A stretch of DNA of 63,636 bases, counting the filler, from Sluysia triapertura (Eukaryota), in NCBI GenBank assembly GCA_046118255.1. It is 5 parts of 5 records of this genome, joined end to end, with 100 filler letters (N's around TTAATTAATTAA, not from the genome) between each part and the next. Parts side by side here need not be neighbours in the genome. Positions count along the whole stretch, not along the records: positions 51,658 to 63,636 come from JBJNIA010150828.1; 4 more parts are not named here. One strand, 5' to 3'. The position numbers and the translations under genes were made by a program. The notes under the pieces were generated by a model that saw only the letters and a program-made list of their open reading frames with translations, had not been told where the DNA came from and searched no databases. Every line of letters starts with the position of its first letter. The first letter of the stretch is position 1. This document shows, piece by piece, positions 55,004 through 63,636 of this stretch.

Positions 55004-55260
55004 AAAGAGAGACCAATTCAAATATGTTATTGAACTTGACATGTAAGGTACGGTTGATGCACAACGTATTAGTGCGGAATATTCCTGTGAGAAATAAATT
55101 TATTATTTCATTAATTTTATCGTTAAATTAAGTTGATAAATTACGTTATTATTATAAAAGCAATGTAACAATGATTTTAAATTTTAATTAGGTGATATTA
55201 AGGAGATAAGGGGATTGTTTGCCACAAATCCCATTATCTTTAAATAATTGGAATAATAAT

Positions 55261-55370
55261 GAAGTTGAACATAGACGGAAATTGATGTCGGCATTTAATC
55301 GGCAAAATTAGTCGGCTTATTGCCAACTAAAAGAAAATCTACAGCTTTAATTTCCGTCTTGTTTGATTTC
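55261..55370. repeat. Inverted repeat/hairpin with internal tcggc repeats
   Basis: gaagttgaacatagacggaaatt ... aatttccgtcttgtttgatttc. Confidence 0.6.
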
Positions 55371-56236
55371 TGATTTTTAATTTTACTAATTGCCATGAAA
55401 CTGTCACATAAGCAGTTTCTGCAATTAAAACAGAAGTAAAAAGGACAGAGTCAGGATAAATCAATTAAAGCAAACTTTTTAACTATGAGGAAGGTGCTTT
55501 AGTTCATCAGTGGATAACGGTGAAACTAAAGTCATTTCTTTAGCAATTGACTAAAATAAACCATTTTCTTTTTTAGGACAAGGGTTAGTAATATATTTCT
55601 TACTGTTTATGTTTTGCATTAATAAGGTGCGAAAATTTAAGTTGTGTCACCCCTAATTGTGATTTGTATTTAGAGAGTAATTTACGTTATAGAGAATAAT
55701 TTATAATATTGTTATAGAGAATAACGTGTATCTTGTTATAAAGAGTACTTTGTATTGTCGCTGTAATAAAGAATAATTTATATCTTTTGGTTGTAATTTT
55801 GTGATAATTCAAAGAATATATCGAGATTCTGAATTTGTTTAATTATTAAGTTTTAATTAATAATTTGTAAAATAAAAAGCATTAAAAGACACAACACTTA
55901 CAGCAAAAGTAATAACTATTGCAATGGTTTTTTTGCTAAATTAGAGCAAAATGTGGTTCTTTTTTATATAATGTTTAGATAATTTCTAGGAAGTCGGGAA
56001 TTCTTTATGTTCACAAAACATGTACTTGTAAAATATCCTCATTATAATACATATACGAGCCTAAATAATGATAGTACAATTGATTATAATAAAATAAAAT
56101 TGTTAGACGGGGCTAATAGCTCAGTTGTCATAATTATACTATGTGTGTAAATTCTTATCTTAAATTTTGTATTAATTTGTTAATAGAGAACCTTAATTAA
56201 GAATTTCAAAATATATTAAATAAATTGAAGATGAAC

Positions 56237-56366
56237 NNNNNNNNNNNNNNNNNNNNNNNNNNNNNNNNNNNNNNNNNNNNNNNNNNNNNNNNNNNNNNNN
56301 NNNNNNNNNNNNNNNNNNNNNNNNNNNNNNNNNNNNNNNNNNNNNNNNNNNNNNNNNNNNNNNNNN
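56237..56366. other. Assembly gap (130 N, no linker)
   Basis: Seen directly. Confidence 0.98.
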
Positions 56367-56449
56367 GCATACTGATCAAGAATAAAAGCCATGCAAAAAA
56401 GTCCACATAAAAAATGAATTTTTTAAATCATTAGAAAAAGTAAATATTT

Positions 56450-56977
56450 CAATCTCAATCGGTGAGATATTCTCCGCCACAATCGATTGCTTCTTCCACA
56501 GTTCCGTTACTTTGTCAATCTCACGTTTGAAGAAGTCTGGTGATTTTTGGACGAAAAATTCTTCAATCAACGTTGTTATTGCTTCTTAGTTTTCAAATGT
56601 GAGACCAGAAATATGGTCGACATGGAGCGGAAAAGATGCAGTTGTGTTTGAGCTAAGTCGGGCGAATACGAGAGATGGGGAAGACCTTCCTAGCTAAGCT
56701 ATTCAATAGCCAACTTTGTCATTATGGCGACATGAGGCCGAGCATTGTCATGCTGTAAAATTATCTGGTGGCTTCTGCATTGTTTAAAATAGAAAAGGAG
56801 TATATGCCGGAATAGATATCTGACACTCCATTTTAATGAGGGTAATGAAAATGAGAGTTAGTCTAAAATGATTAAATAGATAATTCAGCTGAATGAATAT
56901 AACTCAAATCAGTTAAAACAAGAAGTTGGTGTGTTTTCTTTACATCAAAAACCGCACGAACTTATGCACCAACACAA
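56450..56977 (-). mobile_element. mariner (DD34D-type) transposon remnant, N-terminal coding part deleted
   Basis: TIR ta|ttgtgttggtgcataagttcgtgcgg. Encodes ILQHDNARPHVA, LPHLSYSPDLA..HLFRSM and EFFVQKSPDFFKREIDKVTELW. Confidence 0.92.
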
Positions 56978-59113
56978 TAATAATAAAAATTATTATTATT
57001 ATTACTATTATTATTATTAATATTAAATATATTGTTCATAATTTTGATTGTTATTATAATATTCTTGTTTTTCTAAATAATAATTTGATATTGTGACATT
57101 TTCTCAGTGTTTCAAAAAATTGATGATGACTGTAACAAATCATATACAAATTTTATTAAGATTCTGCGAATTGATATTGATACAGATGAGACAGTTTACG
57201 AAGATAAAAAGATAGATACAAATTAAATTAAATTAATTAATCTTGAATGAACTTGGTGGAATTACATTATTTAATATTGAAGAAGTATTCATTTTGAAGT
57301 GACTCCATCATATAATATAATTCTGTTAGAAGGAATTGTGATGTATGATCAAAGATTATTAATTATATTTGAAATTATATATGATAACTTAGTTGACTAC
57401 TCATGTCTGAAATGAATTTTCAAATTCGTTTTTCAGTTTCTTATTTTTCTAAATTTGTTCATCGTAATTTCACATCACACAATATCTTATTTGACGAATT
57501 TGCAGAAGGATATATTGATCGAACTAAAAATACGGAAAATAATTAACCACTGTTTTGTATTTCCTGATATTTAAGATCGATACTGGTATTATTGAATATC
57601 CATCTTTATGTATATTTGAGAATCAGACTTAATATGACTACTATTCAAGGACAATTCATAAACTATTAGATTTTAAAATATTTCATACACTCAGTACATC
57701 AGAAGAAGTACCATTTTATTTGGATTTATTTGATGAAGGAGATGTTATTTGATATTGCAGCAAGATGAAAGAACTGTAACAAGTGTGGTTTTAAAAATTA
57801 AATATAAAGTATGTACGAGTTGAAAGATAACAAAGAGTTATAGAGAATTGATGGACATTGGTTTGAATTGTTATGGGAAGAAGTCAACTATCACGAATCA
57901 TGAAACAAAGTTTTATTATTATTACGTAAACATTATCATTATCTTGATGTAATTAGTATTTATTTTCTATGAATTTTTATTTCTTTCTCTTCTGAAACCT
58001 TCTCTTTGTACTTACTTAATGTCTTTTTTGATATTTATACATCGCCAATATTGATAATTCTTTGTGGATCTGCTCCTTTTTGATTTCTCTAACAGTATAT
58101 TAAGTATTTTCAAATCTGAAGTTCTTTATATTCTTCTTTCTTAAAACACAATTTACGAAATGTGAGCTTTATCTCATTGTTTTAGATATTGGTCTAATTA
58201 TTTATTCAATGATTGCCAACGTTTATCAATATCGGTTATACGAGTTTCTACTATTTTTGTTTCTTTTTCTGAAATATTTTTATTTTTAAAAGATTATAAG
58301 CTGATTTTCCTATCGAATGGTTCATATAATCTGTTTGAAATGATTCGCGATCTCTTAAATCAATTCGCTTTTGGTCAGACTCTTTTCTATGCAGATTGAT
58401 CTAATTTTATTATATGTTTGCCACGTGCTACGTAATTAGTCTGCATATATCAATCGAGTTTGATTCGTCAGTTTCTTTGAACAACACGACAAGGAACACA
58501 AACTGTTGAGCTGCTCAATTTTATTTGGAAATGATCTTTCTGTTGTCCAACTAGTTTCTTTTACGAGATTAATCCTAGGACTACTATGAGTAATACAATA
58601 CATATTTCTCTATTTTCAATAAACTGCACATTTAAACATATTCATTACACATTATTTCCTTCTTTGAATGTAAAAGACAAACATTATTTTTCCACTTACC
58701 ACATGTACTTGAAATTATTTTAGCTTTTTGATTTTCTTCAAGAGTGACAGAATATTTATAAAAAAAATAAAGCATGTTCTTGTTGTGAATATTGATGATA
58801 CTGTGTTTAAATTTTTTTCTGGGAATATGGCCTTGGTTCTGCTCAAAACATCAATGTGCGATGTTTCTTATTTTTACTTGAGGTTTAACTAACGCAAAAT
58901 AAAAATTGAACATAATATTAAAAATTCACATTCAAAGCAGAAATGATTTTTATAAAATTACAATAAAAACTTTCAAAACGTCAGCTCCATATGTTTTTTA
59001 ATTAAAAAATTAAAATAGCTGTGAACAGTTTTGTCCATGCTTGGTAATAGTAGGGTTAATTGCTAATTTGAAAGATATAAAAAGAAAGTGGTATAGAAAT
59101 TTCATTATCACAC

Positions 59114-60460
59114 TTGTCAGACTGTGGTTTGTGCTCTGCTCATATTAAATACAATTTTACACAGTCAGATGTATCCAAAAATATCATGCAAGATTTTATA
59201 AATAACCTGAAAGAATTAAATGATGGTGAAAATTTTAACTCGGAGAATCTTCTAGAATTATTTGAATCAATTGAACAAGAACCTATTAAGTGTCTTGTCG
59301 ATGATGAACCTGTAAATAATTTCAACATCAAGTGTTGTCCAATGGAATAATTTCCCTATCCCTTTTAACATTTGTGTCAAATAGCCACAGACATTAATCC
59401 TCAACAATCAAATTCAATTGATGATATGGTTAAAAGAACCTGGTGGTCGTAAAACATCATACGGTTGGAGAATCTATCAGGATCATTTAAGAGATTTAAC
59501 TATATATCAGTGCAAATACTATAAATCAGATCCTTCCAATTCTGATTTAATTTCAAATACCACGACATTCAATAATGCTTTTAGAAAAGGCCGAAGTTCC
59601 ACTAAAAGTACGTCAAAAAAGCAAAACATACTGAATCTCATGATTCTAAGAAACCAAATAAAAAGTTTTTAGTTGGTAACGAAACGAAAGATGTTAAATC
59701 AAATGAAAAAGCACAAGTTATTGAGAAATCAGATGAAAATTCACAGAAAACAAATGAAGTTGAACATTTTGTAGCTAATTCTGAAACGAGAAACTTGATG
59801 TTTAACAATCAAACCGATATTGCAAATATTAATTCTATATCAAAAGTAACGGAGATTGCAGGTAACATTTGGCAAGATGGTTATGAAGAACGAACAGTTA
59901 ATGCAATTGAAGCATCTTTCTTAGATGCAGAGATTACTGATATAGAAACTAATCCTCAGACATCAATTTCCAATATTCCGATTATTTTAAATCGAAATGA
60001 TAACACGATCACAAGCGTTTCATCGAAAATTATACAAACTAACAATTCCAATCCATTGCAAGTAATCAATTATCCCAGGAGAATTTTACGAAGCTCTTTT
60101 CAATCAAGTGATACAAGATTGTGCTTCAATTATTACCATGCAATAAACATGCAATTATTACCACACAGTTTATCAAATAAATTGTATTAAGTCTGATACG
60201 TCGTTATATGATTATCATCATCAACGTTTACAAAGACTAATTCAATCACTACGTTCTGGCAATTCAATCTACATGTCTACATCCAATACTATGCATCATG
60301 ATGTTATGGTGAATTACAGTTCCATAATGAATCTGAAGACAAAAACAGTAAAGTAATTAACAATTTCATGTACAGATTTTAACTAATATTGATATTTTTA
60401 TTTCAGGATCCTACAAGCCGATGAATACGTGGTTGTGTATACAAAATGGGCTACGTCCTC
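59114..60460 (+). pseudogene. Degenerate unidentified coding region, possibly transposon-associated
   Basis: Run of same-strand ORFs (59114, 59418, 59795) with protein-like composition and a possible gt..ag intron at ~60353-60406. No family recognised. Confidence 0.3.
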
Positions 60461-61294
60461 CAATCAATATAACATTAATATAAATTTAAAAATTTTCATA
60501 AATGTGTGTAATTCTGTGTTTGTATTATTCCTTATTAAAGTTCTTTTATAATGTGAGATCTGAATTGCTAAAATCAAACAAAAACATTAATATAATTTCC
60601 ATGGAAGACAAAGTTCTGCAGTGGAGATCTTTGTATTGTCAACTCCAACAATATAAACCTACTAAATATTTTATACTGATGGGGAGTGATATATTCACAA
60701 TCTATTGCAAGAAGTGATACCACTTTCGAAGTTATCAGTGAAAGTATTTATATAAAACATATAAATAAAACAATCTTTTCTAATATTACTTAAAATGAAT
60801 TATTTTAAAAGATAAATTATTTAAAACAACTGAAAAAATACATAAATCGCACTGGACAGTATTCAAAAGAAAATAACAATAAAACTATTGGTACAACTTG
60901 CATAATTTTATTTATAAACACGATTATCAGAAAAAACACAACAAACTAATGAGATAATGACATTTGTTATTCAATGGCGGTTAAGTACGGATACTCGTGT
61001 TCTTTTATTTTGAATCACAAACACACCAACTAATCTTGCACATATTATTTGGATCGGGACATATTATCAAACAAATGGAAAGTGCTATCGTTTTATTAGA
61101 AGTTGGCAGTGATAATTATTTAACAATTCTTGAGTATGGGAACTACAGAATTGAATAACCTAGAGAATCTGCCATAAAACAGTGTCGAATATACAAACGA
61201 AAATAACTAAGAAAATGCAGATACAAAAGAAAAGGAAAGCAAAATTATGTGGATCATGTAATTAATCAACACGAATCAGAGAGTAATAAAAGTG

Positions 61295-61800
61295 ATATAC
61301 AGGAAATAGAAATAATCAAAATGACAAGATGAAGATAACTAGGTCCATAATAAAATTAGAGATCTAGACAAGACAACTGTTACCAAATGTATTTATGAAG
61401 TTTGTAACAAATAAGTAAGCAATGTATTTTAAAGCAAACCTAACGAATGCATAAATTTAGAAAGATTTTTGAAGAATTTAATAAAGATTCTAAATGGTTA
61501 TAAGCTTTTAACAATGCAAATGTTAAATCCAAGGATTTCTACAAAATAACATTCCAGATCAAATTGCAGATTCTAAAGTGACTTCCTCGTGAATCATATT
61601 TTATACATATTTCCTCTAAAAATTTTCTTAGATGTATAAACTAGATCAAACTTGCAATGAGTAAACAAACTAGAAAAGACAGAATATTAAATGTTTAAAG
61701 AATTGCGATTAATTCAAACATTTCAAGAAACAGAAGAATCATTAGATAAATTGAAATAATCACAGAAAACAATTCAATATTGAGAGACTAAGAGCATGTG
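61295..61800 (+). mobile_element. Possible non-LTR (RTE-like) RT remnant
   Basis: Weak colinear traces EIEIIKM..LGP, LVNHILYIF, ETEESL and TKSM. No YADD motif seen. Confidence 0.3.
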
Positions 61801-63109
61801 TACTGTGTTGTGCATATTTTCTTCTCATGACATTTTTGACCACAGAAGAATATACAAGATTAATGTTTCAGATCAAGGAGATAATGTGTGGTTTATGTGA
61901 TAATTTTAATTCATTTGCATTTTAATAAAATAAATGCAATACATTAAGAATAATAATAATTATTATTATGTTAGAAAATTTAAGCCAATGTGGCTGCATC
62001 GATGAATTATCGACATAACATTAATGATGTAATAGACAATAGTTGCGTCACTATGGATTAATTGGCTGAATCATAAAGAAATAAAATTTAGAAAATTGGC
62101 CAATATGAAGACATTAGACAAACAAATAAGATGGCTGTCAGTAATCAGTCACATTTTTCAGTAGAATGCGAGTTTAAAACTCAAAATTAAACACGAAAAT
62201 CGAGAATTAAAGATCAACATAATTATGAATCGCCAAAAGCAAATAACTTTCATGAGATCGCGCAGCTTTGAGAGTTAGTTCACCAACAGGCATGTGTTCA
62301 TTTTTTAATGCAGGGTTATCAGCTAACAATTTAAAATTAATCATTGAAGATTTTAACTAAACAAGATGATATGGGATGACTATTCGATGTTAATGCTAAT
62401 CTTTTGTAACTGCAGAAATGTTTTTAAAACAGATTTAAAAAATAAGGATGAATACAAATTTAGTTATCTATCTTTACTAATTCTGCTGGAATCTATAAGT
62501 ATCAGTATTGTGAGCAAAATGCGGAAACATAATGAAATTAATGCTGACCAATTTCGTACATACACAGTTCGAATATAAATATTTAAATTGTACTTCAACA
62601 TTTTATTTATTATCCTTTTTTAATTTTATTTTACAAAAATAAATTGATCGAAAATATTTTTATTATTTATCTAAAAATTGATTTATTTAATTGACTTAGA
62701 AAATTATTATTTAAATTAATTTTAGAAGAGAGTGCTGTACCTTTATTACCACGAACAGGTATTATTAATTAAATTATAAAAAATTAATTTATAAAATAAA
62801 AATAATAATTAATATTGAAATTATTTTAATAAAATTAAATATCTTTCAATTAAGTATTATTAAATAATATATAATAATACTTAAATAATAAATAAGTATC
62901 ATATGACTAATATTAAATAAATATATTAAATATATTTAATTGTAAAAATTTAGAAAATATTCTATTTTTATTCATATTAGATAATCTATGTTTCCAATAC
63001 TTTGGAAGTATCTCAGTACTTTTTCTCAGTACATAGGAAATGAGAAGTATCAAATGAAACTCTATGAAGACTCAAAATACAAACACAATTTCATCAAAGG
63101 ATGGACAAA

Positions 63110-63385
63110 TTACATTTAAGAGAATGACATTTTGAATTGCAGTAACACCATCACTACAGAATAATTTGTGATATTGAAGAAGACAACGGAATATCCAATG
63201 GAATTTTTAAATACTCTTTTAGACATTGGTTTGCCTCAACATGAACTACACCTTAAAGTTGAAGCTATGGCGGTGACCTTAAGAAACTGGATATCAAAAG
63301 CAGTGGAGTTCGTTTTATCAAACACCATAGGTTGTAATGTTGTTGCAGGAAGTTTCGCAGAAAAACATGTCTCGTTTCTTAATTC
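63110..63385 (+). mobile_element. Helitron-type Pif1 helicase fragment
   Basis: EYPMEFLNTLLDIGLPQHELHLKVEAMAVTLRN matches the YP.EFLNSL...GLPPH.L.LKVG....LLRN block. It is followed by IGCNVVAGSFAEKHV. Confidence 0.85.
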
Positions 63386-63636
63386 AAATCTCAAGGACAA
63401 ATGTTTACAAAATTTGAATTCAACTGAATTCTTCAATGCATTCTTTGTAGATGCGGTGGTTCAGCTTTTTCTTAAAATTTTAAAGCCTTACAACGTCAAT
63501 AATTACGAAACAAACCAAAAATCATTCACACAGATATTAACACATATTAACATTCAACTTATAAAATTTATAAACTCTAAAATAATCGAAACAACAAATT
63601 AATAAAATTTCTGTAAAAGACAATTCAGTTCCTCTT

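Noticed and set aside
56206-56410. ORFs with long X runs
   Set aside because: Artefacts of the N gap.
20364-59059. One giant piggyBac-like element bounded by related TTAA ends
   Set aside because: The ends match only partially and are separated by several artificial joins.

Overview
Very AT-rich eukaryotic DNA, probably arthropod/insect (inferred from the transposon families). Four artificial 100-nt joins (N44-TTAATTAATTAA-N44) and one plain N gap split the window. I can recognise no intact conserved gene. It holds a GAPDH pseudogene exon and many decayed, internally deleted transposons: Tigger/pogo, Tc1, two mariner types, piggyBac, Ty3/gypsy RT-RNase H, Helitron Pif1 helicase, a possible LINE, MITEs and a tRNA-derived repeat. 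The main unexplained signal comes from manual translation through stops and frameshifts. At least 6-7 highly diverged, apparently intronless copies of one unidentified protein family occur on both strands (about 1.5-2.0, 6.1-8.7, 11.7-13.0, 33.2-35.6, 36.5-38.9, 48.1-49.8 and 50.2/52.2 kb). They share a colinear series of motifs, most follow a strongly G-depleted leader, and two carry a ZFP36/TIS11-like CCCH zinc finger with identical spacing. Only one copy keeps a long ORF (568 aa). All homologies were judged by eye and need alignment/HMM confirmation.
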